Part shown: one piece after another, positions 22,002 to 31,394 of the stretch
Layout: every line of letters begins with the position of its first letter
How positions within the stretch are numbered: the stretch's first letter is position 1
From: Wigglesworthia glossinidia endosymbiont of Glossina brevipalpis
GTDB taxonomy: Bacteria > Pseudomonadota > Gammaproteobacteria > Enterobacterales > Enterobacteriaceae
Direction: 5' to 3'
DNA length: 32,000 nucleotides
Assembly (NCBI GenBank): GCA_000008885.1
Contig: BA000021.3
Span: 510,001-542,000 of the forward strand
Program-made: the position numbers and the translations under genes
The notes under the pieces: model-generated
What the model was told of the DNA's origin: nothing
The model's input: the letters and a program-made list of their open reading frames with translations, nothing else
Database searches by the model: none

Positions 22002-22010
22002 TGTTATAAT
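22002..22010 (+). promoter_or_regulatory. Putative extended -10 element (TGTTATAAT) upstream of pepA
   Basis: Exact TGnTATAAT in the lptF-pepA divergent gap, with the inverted repeat ATGATAT-T-ATATCAT (21986-22000) directly upstream. Confidence 0.35.
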
Positions 22011-22106
22011 CAAAAAATTTTTTAAAAAATTAAAAATAAAATATTAATATTAAATAAATTAAATATTAAAATAAATAACTTAATAATTTTATTAAATAGG
22101 ATTAAT

Positions 22107-23612
22107 ATGAAATTTAGTATAGCTGATAAAAGCATAAAACAAACTAAAGATATTTTACTAATATTAGGAATATTTTATAAAGATTGCTATCAAAAAACAT
22201 TAAAATACATAAGTGATGAAAATAAAAAAAATATAATTCAAGTAGTAAAAAATATAAAAATCAAAGACAATATAGGATCAACTTACTTTATAAGTAATAC
22301 AAACAAAGTAGGTTCTAATCCAATTTTACTAATTATGTTGGGATCAAAAGTAAATATAAATTCAAGAATCTACAAAAAATTAATAATTAATACAATTAGT
22401 TCAATTAAAAATATTAAATACAAAAAATCTATATTTTTTTTACTAAATTTGAATTTTAATAATTCCAATTTGTATTGGAAAATAAGAAGATCTATTGAAT
22501 ATATATATGAATCATTATATGAATTTAATAATTTTAAAAGCAAAACAAAATCATATAAAATTTATATGAAAGAAATTATGTTTTATATTCATGATGAAAA
22601 TGAAATAAAACAAGCAAATATTGCCATAAGTCACAGTGTATCTATTTCTAAAGGAATAATAATCACAAAAAATTTAGGTAATATGCCTTCCAATTTTTGT
22701 GATCCGCATTATCTTTCTCATCAATCTTATATATTAAAAGATAAATATTCTGAAAAAATTTCAGTAGAAATAATGGATCATAAAAAAATAAAAAATATTG
22801 GAATGAATGCATATCTACATGTTAGTAAAGGATCTTCAAAAAATCCTTATTTATCAATTATCAAGTATAATGAAAATAAATTTAATGGAAAATCCCCAAT
22901 TATATTGATTGGAAAAGGATTGACATTTGATTCCGGAGGAATATCCATAAAACCTTCAAATAATATGGACGAAATGAAATTTGATATGTGCGGAGCAGCT
23001 GCTGTTTTAGGAGTTATGCACGCAATATCTGAATTAAATTTAAATTTATATGTTATAGGAATCTTAGCATGTTGCGAAAATATGGTAGATTCTTCATCAT
23101 ATAAACCAGGTGATATTATCAAAACATTGTCAGGTAAAACAGTAGAAGTAATTAATACTGATGCAGAAGGTAGATTGGTTTTATGTGATGTTATTACTTA
23201 TGTAAAACGTTTTAATCCTAGAATAGTAATTGATATAGCTACTTTAACAGGAGCATGCGTAATAGCATTAGGGCATCATTATACTGGATTAATATCAAAT
23301 TGTGATGAATTAAGCGAAAACATTTTAAATGCTTCTAATATTACTGAAGATCTTGCTTGGAGATTGCCTTTAAATAAAAAATTTTCTAAACAACTAAAAT
23401 CTAGATTTGCTGATATATCAAACATTAGCGATAGATCTGGAAGCGCTATAACAGCAGGGTGTTTCTTGTATGAATTTGCAAAAGAATATAAATGGGCTCA
23501 CTTAGATATAGCAGGAACTGCGTGGAAATCTGGTGTTTATAAACAGGCTACAGGAAGGCCGGTATCTTTATTAACACAGTTATTGATAAATTATGGTGAT
23601 AAAAAAATATAG
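22107..23612 (+). CDS. pepA: Cytosol (leucyl) aminopeptidase A
   Basis: VGKGLTFDSGGISIKPSNNMDEMKFDMCGAAAV and the NTDAEGRL active-site motif. Confidence 0.97.
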   Translation: MKFSIADKSIKQTKDILLILGIFYKDCYQKTLKYISDENKKNIIQVVKNIKIKDNIGSTYFISNTNKVGSNPILLIMLGSKVNINSRIYKKLIINTISSIKNIKYKKSIFFLLNLNFNNSNLYWKIRRSIEYIYESLYEFNNFKSKTKSYKIYMKEIMFYIHDENEIKQANIAISHSVSISKGIIITKNLGNMPSNFCDPHYLSHQSYILKDKYSEKISVEIMDHKKIKNIGMNAYLHVSKGSSKNPYLSIIKYNENKFNGKSPIILIGKGLTFDSGGISIKPSNNMDEMKFDMCGAAAVLGVMHAISELNLNLYVIGILACCENMVDSSSYKPGDIIKTLSGKTVEVINTDAEGRLVLCDVITYVKRFNPRIVIDIATLTGACVIALGHHYTGLISNCDELSENILNASNITEDLAWRLPLNKKFSKQLKSRFADISNISDRSGSAITAGCFLYEFAKEYKWAHLDIAGTAWKSGVYKQATGRPVSLLTQLLINYGDKKI

Positions 23613-23695
23613 TATAAAATATTTATTAGTTGTTAAATTATTTTACATAACATAACATTTTAATATTCAACTGAGAATTTATTTTTTAATAAATT

Positions 23696-26341
23696 ATGAA
23701 AAATCCTTATGATTCAAAAAAAATTGAAAGTTATTTTTTTATGTTTTGGAAAAAAAATAATCTTTTTAAAAAAAAACTAAATTCAAATAAAGATAATTTT
23801 TGTATAATTTTACCTCCTCCAAATATAACAGGTGATTTACATGTAGGTCATGCTTTTCAACAAAGCATTATTGATATTTTTATAAGATATAATTATATGA
23901 AAGGAAATAATGTATTATTACAGTCAGGTATTGATCATGCAGGAATTTCAACACAAAGTATTTTAGAAAAAAAAATATATTTTTATGAAAATAAAAATAG
24001 ATTTGATTATGGAAGAAAAAATTTTATTAAAGAAATATGGAAATGGAAAGAAGAGTCAGAAAAAAAAATATGTTATCAAATTAATAAATTAGGATGCTTT
24101 ACTGATTTAAATAAAATAAGATTTACCATGGATAAAGATTCGTGTAAAGCTGTTAATAATGTTTTTTTAAAACTTTACAAAGATAAATTAATATATAAAA
24201 AGAAAAAATTAATGCATTGGGATGTAAAATTAAGAACAGTAATATCAGATTTAGAAATAGAGAATAGAGAGATAAATGGAAAACTATGGTATATAAAATA
24301 TTTTTTTTCTGAAAATTCAAATAAAAATTCAAAATTAAATTTTTTAGAAATAGCCACCACCAGACCAGAAACTATTTTCGGAGATGTAGCTGTAGCAGTT
24401 AATCCATTAGATGCAAGATATAATAATTTAATTGGAAAATATATAAAAGTTCCTTTAACTAATAGATCAATTCCAATAATACAAGATGATTATGTAAAAA
24501 TGGATTACGGTAGTGGATGTGTAAAAATTACTCCAGGTCATGATTTCAATGATTTCAGTATATGTAAAAATCACAAGCTAAATATAATTAATATTTTAAC
24601 CATCTCTGGTAAAATTTGTAAAAAACCAAAAGTATATGATTTTAACGGAAATTCAGTATCTGATACAAATATTAAAATTCCAAAAGAACTTCAAGGATTA
24701 AGCATATCTGAAGCAAGAAATAATATTGTTTATAAATTAAATAGAAAAGAATATATAACAAAATTTGAATATAAAAAAGTTGTTTTGCCATTTGGAGATC
24801 GTAGCGGAGATATTTTAGAGCCTATGTTAACAAACCAATGGTATATAAAAACAAAAAAATTATCTGAAGTTGCTATAGAAGCAGTAAAAGAAAAAAAAAT
24901 AAAATTTATATCTAAACAATATGAAAATATGTATTTTGGATGGATGGAAAATATAAAAGATTGGTGTATATCTCGTCAATTATGGTGGGGGCATAGAATA
25001 CCAATTTGGTATGATGTTAATAAAAATCAATATCCAGGAATTAGTGAATCAGATGTTCGTGATAATTTTAAAATAAATAAAGAAGAGATTTTAACTCAAG
25101 AAGAAGATGTGTTAGATACATGGTTTTCTTCTGCTATATGGAGTTTTGCATCTCTCGGTTGGCCACAAAAATCTATAAAATTTGATACATTTCATCCTAC
25201 TAACTTGATCATTAGTGGATTTGATATTATATATTTTTGGATCTCTAGAATGATAATGCTGACAATGTATATTATTAAAGATTCATTTGGAAATCCTCAA
25301 ATTCCATTTAAAAATATTTTTATTACTGGATTGATTAGAGATAAAAATGGAATAAAAATGTCAAAGTCCAAAGGAAATGTTATAGATCCAATTGATATAA
25401 TTGATGGAATTTCTTTGGAAGATTTAATAAAAAAACGCACTAAAGAAATATCAAATATAAAATTAATAAAAAAAATAGAAAAAATAACAAAAAAAGAATT
25501 TCCAAACGGGATTCAAAATCACGGAGCAGATGCTGTTCGTTTAAGTATGGCATCTATTTCATGCAGTAATAGAAAAATTAATATAGATATAAAAAAAATA
25601 ATAGGATACAAAAATTTTTGTAATAAATTATGGAATGTAAGTAAATTTATAATAATAAATTTAAAAAATAAAAAAGTAAGCTTTGAGGAAAAAGAAATTA
25701 ACTTACATAAAATAGATAATTGGATATTACATAAATATAATAAAGTTTTTAAGTATTATAAATATAATATTGATAATTTCAGATTAGATTTAGTAGTAAA
25801 TATTTTATATGAATTTATATGGCATCAATTTTGTGATTGGTATATAGAAAATAGCAAAATAATTTTTAAAAATAATATAATTTCTAGATTAAATAACACT
25901 TGCTACACATTATTTTTTATACTAGAGAATTCTTTGAAAATGTTACATCCTTTTATTCCTTTTATTACCGAAGAAATATGGAAAAATCTATCTAAAATGG
26001 TTAGAAATGAAAGAAAAAATACAACTATTTTGGAGTTTTTTCCTAAAAAATACCTCTTTTTAAAAAAAGATAATTCTTTTAATGAAATCGAATGTATTAA
26101 AAATATTATTACATGTATTCGCAAATTAAAATTTGAAAAAAAAACAAAGTTTAATAAATTGGTTGATGTTTGTTTTATAAATAATTCTTATGAAGAAAAA
26201 ATTATTATTTTAAATAATATTGAAATCATAAAGAATATTGCATTTGTAAAAAATGTTGATTTTTCTAGATCAATACCAAAAAATGTTCTAAAAAAAGATA
26301 TAAAAATAATAAACAATATTAAAATATATATTTATAATTAA
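23696..26341 (+). CDS. valS: Valyl-tRNA synthetase, lacking most of the usual C-terminal arm
   Basis: PPPNITGDLHVGHAFQQ (HIGH region), KMSKSKGN (KMSKS), DWCISRQLWWGHRIP and WFSSAIWSFASLGWP. 881 aa; the sequence stops shortly after the anticodon-binding region. Confidence 0.96.
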   Translation: MKNPYDSKKIESYFFMFWKKNNLFKKKLNSNKDNFCIILPPPNITGDLHVGHAFQQSIIDIFIRYNYMKGNNVLLQSGIDHAGISTQSILEKKIYFYENKNRFDYGRKNFIKEIWKWKEESEKKICYQINKLGCFTDLNKIRFTMDKDSCKAVNNVFLKLYKDKLIYKKKKLMHWDVKLRTVISDLEIENREINGKLWYIKYFFSENSNKNSKLNFLEIATTRPETIFGDVAVAVNPLDARYNNLIGKYIKVPLTNRSIPIIQDDYVKMDYGSGCVKITPGHDFNDFSICKNHKLNIINILTISGKICKKPKVYDFNGNSVSDTNIKIPKELQGLSISEARNNIVYKLNRKEYITKFEYKKVVLPFGDRSGDILEPMLTNQWYIKTKKLSEVAIEAVKEKKIKFISKQYENMYFGWMENIKDWCISRQLWWGHRIPIWYDVNKNQYPGISESDVRDNFKINKEEILTQEEDVLDTWFSSAIWSFASLGWPQKSIKFDTFHPTNLIISGFDIIYFWISRMIMLTMYIIKDSFGNPQIPFKNIFITGLIRDKNGIKMSKSKGNVIDPIDIIDGISLEDLIKKRTKEISNIKLIKKIEKITKKEFPNGIQNHGADAVRLSMASISCSNRKINIDIKKIIGYKNFCNKLWNVSKFIIINLKNKKVSFEEKEINLHKIDNWILHKYNKVFKYYKYNIDNFRLDLVVNILYEFIWHQFCDWYIENSKIIFKNNIISRLNNTCYTLFFILENSLKMLHPFIPFITEEIWKNLSKMVRNERKNTTILEFFPKKYLFLKKDNSFNEIECIKNIITCIRKLKFEKKTKFNKLVDVCFINNSYEEKIIILNNIEIIKNIAFVKNVDFSRSIPKNVLKKDIKIINNIKIYIYN

Positions 26342-26353
26342 CTTATTATAAAT

Positions 26354-26377
26354 TTTATAAAAATTAATTTTTATAAA
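26354..26377. terminator. Perfect 24-nt AT palindrome downstream of valS, terminator-like
   Basis: TTTATAAAAATTAATTTTTATAAA, starting 12 nt after the valS stop. Confidence 0.35.
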
Positions 26378-26439
26378 TTAAAAAATTATTTTTATATTAA
26401 AATTATAAGTTTATTTATTATCTGTGTTTTTAATAAAAA

Positions 26440-27369
26440 ATGACTAATTTTATTTATAATAAACATATTATTTCTATAAATGATTTAAGTAAAAAAGAAA
26501 TGAATTCAATAATAGATTTTTCTTTTTCATTTAAGTTAAAATCTTTTAATACTTTTCTAAAAAATAAAATAATTGCAATTTGTTTTTTAGAAGCATCCAC
26601 TAGGACTAGATTGTCTTTTGAATCTGCAATATATAGATCTGGAGGAACATGCATAGGATTTTCTGATTCATCTAATACTTCTTTAGAAAAGAAAGGCGAA
26701 AGCTTTATAGATACTATTTCTATAATAAGTAAATATGTAGATGCTATTATTGTTAGACACCCTAAAGAAGGAGCGGCTCGTCTTGCATCTGAATATTCAA
26801 ATAATATTCCGGTAATAAATGCAGGAGATGGTGCAAATCAACATCCAACTCAAACCATTTTAGATCTTTTTAGTATTAAAGAAACGCAAGGAAAATTAGA
26901 TAATCTTAACATAGCTATAATAGGAGATCTAAAATATAGTAGAACTGTACATTCTTTATCACAAGCTATTTCAAAATTTAAAAAAAATAAAATATATTTT
27001 ATTGCCCATTCTGCATTAATGCTTCCAAGTTATATAATAAATATATTAGAAGAAAAAAAAGTAGAGTATTCTTTTCACGATAGTATAGAAGAAGTTATTA
27101 AAAAAATAGATATATTATATATTACAAGAATACAAAAAGAAAGATTAGATTCTTCTGAATATGCAAATATAAATGCAAAATTTATTTTAAAAAAATCAGA
27201 TTTATTTTATGCTAAAAAAAATCTTAAAATATTACATCCTTTGCCAAGGTCTAATGAACTTTCTTTCGAAGTAGATAAAACTAGTTATGCTTACTATTTT
27301 CAACAAGCGGAAAATGGATTGTTTGTTCGACAAGCAATTTTATCTTCTATCTTGAATAAAAAATTATAA
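26440..27369 (+). CDS. pyrB: Aspartate carbamoyltransferase catalytic subunit
   Basis: [57 protein letters not shown] and LHPLPR. Confidence 0.97.
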   Translation: MTNFIYNKHIISINDLSKKEMNSIIDFSFSFKLKSFNTFLKNKIIAICFLEASTRTRLSFESAIYRSGGTCIGFSDSSNTSLEKKGESFIDTISIISKYVDAIIVRHPKEGAARLASEYSNNIPVINAGDGANQHPTQTILDLFSIKETQGKLDNLNIAIIGDLKYSRTVHSLSQAISKFKKNKIYFIAHSALMLPSYIINILEEKKVEYSFHDSIEEVIKKIDILYITRIQKERLDSSEYANINAKFILKKSDLFYAKKNLKILHPLPRSNELSFEVDKTSYAYYFQQAENGLFVRQAILSSILNKKL

Positions 27370-27385
27370 AATTTTATAAAAAATA

Positions 27386-27402
27386 ATTTTTATATTAAAA
27401 AT
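27386..27402 (+). terminator. Short AT hairpin after pyrB
   Basis: ATTTTTA-TAT-TAAAAAT, a 7-bp stem with 3-nt loop, 16 nt after the pyrB stop. Confidence 0.3.
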
Positions 27403-27573
27403 ATATTTACTAATATAAAATATACATTATACTTATTTTTAATATTTTTTTAATAAAATTTTAAATTTATTATTAAATAATGCTGTTTTAAAAAGTAATT
27501 TATATAACAAATAAATTATAATTTACTGATTAAAATATATATTTTTACTCACATAAAATAATTTAATAATTTT

Positions 27574-28728
27574 ATGATAAACAAAGAAGATTTAACATAT
27601 TTAAATAGAGCTTTTAATCTTGCTGAATTAGGTAAATTCACAACTCATCCAAATCCAAATGTAGGATGCGTAATCGTATTAAATAAATCTATAGTTGGGG
27701 AAGGTTATCATAAAATACCAGGATCAGATCACGCTGAAATATGTGCATTAAAATTAGCTGGAAAATACGCAAAAGGCTCTACTGTATATGTTACATTAGA
27801 ACCTTGCAGCCATCACGGAAAGACTCCATCCTGCGCTCAGGCATTAATTAACGCAAAAGTAAAAGAAGTAATAGCTTCTGCGGTTGATCCAAATCCTTTA
27901 GTATCTGGAAAAGGCTTTAGTATGCTAAAAAATGCTGGAATTAAAGTTAAATATAACATAATGTCAGAAAAATCAATAAAATTGAACCTTGGATTCTTTA
28001 AAAGAATGAAATATGGTATTCCATGGATAACATTAAAATTAGGATCATCTATTGATGGAAGAACTGCTACAAAAAAAGGAATTAGTAAATGGATAACGTC
28101 TGTAGAATCAAGAAAAGATGTTCAAGTATTAAGAGCTAAAAGCGGAGCTATCTTATCTAGCGCTAAAACAGTTATAGAAGATAACTCGAAACTAACAGTA
28201 AGATGGAATGATTTACCTAATAATGTAAAATTAAAATATTCATTAAAAGAAGAAAGACAACCTATTAGAATAATAATTGACAATTCTAATAAAATATTAA
28301 ATAGCCATGATATTATAAAACATAAAGGAATAATTTTTCTTGTTAGATCATTAAATGACAACTTAACATGGCCTAGACATGTAAAACAGATAATTTGCAG
28401 TACATGTAAAAAATTTTCAAAAACAAAAACAATTAGAACAGATTTATTTAAACTTATGATTTTGTTGGGAAAAAATGAAATTAATAGCGTTTTAATAGAG
28501 TCTGGAGCTAATTTATCAGGATCTTTTTTGTTATCAGGGCTATTAGATGAAATAATATTATATCAATCTCCTAAAATTTTAGGAGAAAAAGGTCTTCCTT
28601 TATTTTTTTTACATAAATCATTTAAATTAAATTTATCTCCTAAATTTGTTATATCTGATGTTTGTAGAATAGGAGAAGATGTGCGTTTTAAATTACATCC
28701 TTATATAAGAAAATTTAAAATTAATTAA
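27574..28728 (+). CDS. ribD: Bifunctional diaminohydroxyphosphoribosylaminopyrimidine deaminase / 5-amino-6-(5-phosphoribosylamino)uracil reductase
   Basis: THPNPNVGCVIV, GYHKIPGSDHAE, VYVTLEPCSHHGKTPSC (deaminase zinc motifs) and the reductase region LKLGSSIDGRTATKKGISKWIT. Confidence 0.96.
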   Translation: MINKEDLTYLNRAFNLAELGKFTTHPNPNVGCVIVLNKSIVGEGYHKIPGSDHAEICALKLAGKYAKGSTVYVTLEPCSHHGKTPSCAQALINAKVKEVIASAVDPNPLVSGKGFSMLKNAGIKVKYNIMSEKSIKLNLGFFKRMKYGIPWITLKLGSSIDGRTATKKGISKWITSVESRKDVQVLRAKSGAILSSAKTVIEDNSKLTVRWNDLPNNVKLKYSLKEERQPIRIIIDNSNKILNSHDIIKHKGIIFLVRSLNDNLTWPRHVKQIICSTCKKFSKTKTIRTDLFKLMILLGKNEINSVLIESGANLSGSFLLSGLLDEIILYQSPKILGEKGLPLFFLHKSFKLNLSPKFVISDVCRIGEDVRFKLHPYIRKFKIN

Positions 28729-28754
28729 ATTTATTCTAGAGAGAATTAATAATA

Positions 28755-29219
28755 ATGAATACATATGAAGGAAAACTTCAATCAAAAAATTCAAAAATCG
28801 CTATTATTATATCAAGATTTAATTCTTTTATTAATAAAAATTTATTAGATGGTGCTATTGATTCTTTAAAAAGAATTGGAAGATTGAAGAGTGAAAACAT
28901 TTCTATATTTTGGGTTCCTGGTGTATGCGAAATACCTATTATTGTTAATTTTTTATCTAAACAAAATAAATATAATGGATTAATTACATTAGGAACTGTA
29001 ATACAAGGAAAAACTTTTCATCATGAATTAATTTCTAAAGATTTTAACAATATAATTTTTAATATTAGTATAAAAAAAAATATACCAATATCTGTCGGAG
29101 TTTTATATACAAGAAACATAAATCAAGCTATAGAAAGATCTGGTACGAAATTAGGAAATAAAGGATCAGATGCAGCTTTATCTGTATTGGAAATGATAAA
29201 TTTATTAAAAATTATATGA
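28755..29219 (+). CDS. ribH: 6,7-dimethyl-8-ribityllumazine synthase
   Basis: IIISRFNSFINKNLLDGA, VPGVCEIP, LGTVIQGKTFHHE and GTKLGNKGSDAALSVLEM. Confidence 0.96.
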   Translation: MNTYEGKLQSKNSKIAIIISRFNSFINKNLLDGAIDSLKRIGRLKSENISIFWVPGVCEIPIIVNFLSKQNKYNGLITLGTVIQGKTFHHELISKDFNNIIFNISIKKNIPISVGVLYTRNINQAIERSGTKLGNKGSDAALSVLEMINLLKII

Positions 29220-29232
29220 TACGAGATATAAG

Positions 29233-29651
29233 ATGAACATTATATTTAGAAGTTATGCTAGACAATGTGCTTTACAAGCTTTGTATTCATGGCAAATTTC
29301 ACGCAATGACGCAATAGAAATACAAAAATATGTTTTATTGAATAAAAAAAAAAAATAGATATAAAATATTTTAAAAAAATATATTATGGAGTAATTAATA
29401 ATAAAAATCACTTAGATAAATTAATGTCTCCTTATATATTTCGTAAAATAAACCAAATTTGTTGCGTAGAACTATCAGTATTAAGAATAGCATTATTTGA
29501 ATTAAACAATAAACCCATTATTCCATATAAAGTAGCAATAAACGAAGCAATTGAATTAGCCAAAATTTTTGGGGCAGAAAGCAGTCATAAATTTATAAAC
29601 GGAGTTTTAGATGCAGTTGTAGATAATTTAAATTTAAAAATAAAATATTAA
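29233..29651 (+). CDS. nusB: Transcription antitermination factor NusB, split across two frames at an A12 tract (frame 1 to codon 41, then frame 0)
   Basis: The first part, [41 protein letters not shown], runs into TAG at 29356. The second frame, [29 protein letters not shown]...[33 protein letters not shown], continues the NusB alignment. Located between ribH and thiL as expected. Confidence 0.85.
29344..29355 (+). repeat. A12 homopolymer at the nusB frame break
   Basis: Twelve consecutive A directly before TAG. One extra A, or a -1 ribosomal shift, restores the NusB frame. Confidence 0.9.
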
Positions 29652-29664
29652 TTCAATAAATAAA

Positions 29665-30654
29665 ATGATTAATAAATTAAAAAAAATAAAATATAATGAA
29701 TGGAACATAATTAAAAATTTTTTTAAAAAATCTAAAAATATAAATAAAAATGTTGCTGTAGGAATTGGAGACGATTGTGCTGTTTTAAATATTAAAAAAG
29801 ATAGTTTTTTTGTTATTACAACAGATACTTTAGTTTTAAATACTCATTTTTTAGACAGCATAAAACCAAAAGATTTAGGATATAAATCTGCATCAGTGAA
29901 TCTTAGCGATCTTGCTTCAATGGGAGCTGTTCCAAAATGGATACTATTATCTATTACAATTCCAAAATTTAACAAATCATGGATATCATCTTATAGTGAA
30001 GGATTATTTGATAATTTAAATTATTTTAACGTTAAATTAATAGGAGGAGACTTAAATAAAGGTCCATTAAGTATTACTATCACAGCATGTGGAACAATTC
30101 CAAAAAAAAAAATAAAAATGACTCGTTCTGGAGCTAAAATAAATGATTTGATTTATATTACTGGAACTTTAGGAGATAGTGCAGCTGGTCTTGCTATTTT
30201 AATGAAAAATCTTAAAATAAACAATACAAACAGCAAAAAATATTTATTAAAACGTCATTTCAGACCTTCTCCAAGAATAAGAGAAGGTATAATGTTAAGT
30301 AATTTTGCTAATTCAGCATGTGATATATCTGACGGAATTTTAATCGATTTAAAAAAAATACTTTCTTGTAGTAATTGTGGGGCTAATATTTATATAGATA
30401 GAATTCCAATGTCCAATCATTTATTAAATAATGTTGAATATAAAAAAGCAATAAATTTCGCATTAAATGGCGGAGAAGACTATGAATTATGCGTCACTGT
30501 TCCTATAAAAAAATATTACGAATTTAATTCTATGATAAAAAAAAATAAGATTTTTATTACATACATAGGAAATATTTGTTCAAAAAAAGTAGGATTGAAA
30601 TTAATAGGAGATGTTGACATAATAAAAAAATCTGAAGGATATAAACATTTTTAA
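29665..30654 (+). CDS. thiL: Thiamine-monophosphate kinase
   Basis: VGIGDDCAVLNI, DLASMGAVPKWILLS, GGDLNKGPLSITI, ACDISDGILIDLKKI and LNGGEDYELC. Confidence 0.95.
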   Translation: MINKLKKIKYNEWNIIKNFFKKSKNINKNVAVGIGDDCAVLNIKKDSFFVITTDTLVLNTHFLDSIKPKDLGYKSASVNLSDLASMGAVPKWILLSITIPKFNKSWISSYSEGLFDNLNYFNVKLIGGDLNKGPLSITITACGTIPKKKIKMTRSGAKINDLIYITGTLGDSAAGLAILMKNLKINNTNSKKYLLKRHFRPSPRIREGIMLSNFANSACDISDGILIDLKKILSCSNCGANIYIDRIPMSNHLLNNVEYKKAINFALNGGEDYELCVTVPIKKYYEFNSMIKKNKIFITYIGNICSKKVGLKLIGDVDIIKKSEGYKHF

Positions 30655-30658
30655 AATT

Positions 30659-31159
30659 ATGAAAAAAAATAGAAAATCTAAATTTTTTATTAATTTATTT
30701 AACCCAATTAATATTATATCTACTTTTTTTGGAATCGGATTAATTCCGTATGTTTCTGGTACATTAGGATCTATTATTTCAATTATAATATGGTATTACT
30801 CAAATAATATTTTTATAAAATATGAATGGATTTTTATCACCTTAGGAGTAATGCTAGGAATTTATTGTTGTGAAAAAACTTCTTTATACATAAAACATCA
30901 TGATCATTATTGTATTATTTTTGATGAAATAGTAGGTATGTGGATAGTTTTGTTAAATTGTTCTATAAATGATTACAAATCTATAATATTAGGATTATTT
31001 TTTTTTAGAATATTTGATATTATAAAGCCTTGGCCAATTAATTGGATTAATAAAAACATTTTAAATGGATTTGGAATAATATTAGATGACTTATTAGCCG
31101 GGATTTATTCGTTAATAATGCTTTTTATTTATAATGCAATATTATTGTTTAATATGTAA
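30659..31159 (+). CDS. pgpA: Phosphatidylglycerophosphatase A
   Basis: FGIGLIPYVSGTLGSI, IIFDEIVGMWIVL and FFRIFDIIKPWPINW. Located downstream of thiL. Confidence 0.94.
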   Translation: MKKNRKSKFFINLFNPINIISTFFGIGLIPYVSGTLGSIISIIIWYYSNNIFIKYEWIFITLGVMLGIYCCEKTSLYIKHHDHYCIIFDEIVGMWIVLLNCSINDYKSIILGLFFFRIFDIIKPWPINWINKNILNGFGIILDDLLAGIYSLIMLFIYNAILLFNM

Positions 31160-31307
31160 ATATAAATTTTTATTTAAAATATTTTATTTAAAAAAAAGAT
31201 TTTAATATATTACATAATAATAAATTTTTATTTTTCTAAAACTCTAAAAAATATTAGATACTATAATTTTATATATTAAAAAATTGAATAATAAAAATTT
31301 TTTATGA

Positions 31308-31352
31308 TAAAATAAAAATAATAATTTAAATTTAAATTATTATTTTTATTTT
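31308..31352. repeat. Long near-perfect AT inverted repeat (arms 23/22 nt, one bulged base)
   Basis: AAAATAAAAATAAATAATTTAAA | TTTAAATTATTATTTTTATTTT, centred at 31330/31331, between pgpA and the regulator gene. Confidence 0.85.
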
Positions 31353-31394
31353 TGAAAAACGGTTACATATAATATATTGAATATGGAGTAGCCG

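Noticed and set aside
27370-27573. Possible FMN riboswitch upstream of ribD
   Set aside because: The conserved RFN-element blocks (such as AGGGNC / GGTGAAATTCC-like) are not present, and the region is almost entirely A/T.
31160-31394. Possible tRNA or small RNA in the pgpA-regulator gap
   Set aside because: No cloverleaf, TTCRA-type T-loop or GC-containing stems are seen, only AT-rich sequence and the palindrome.
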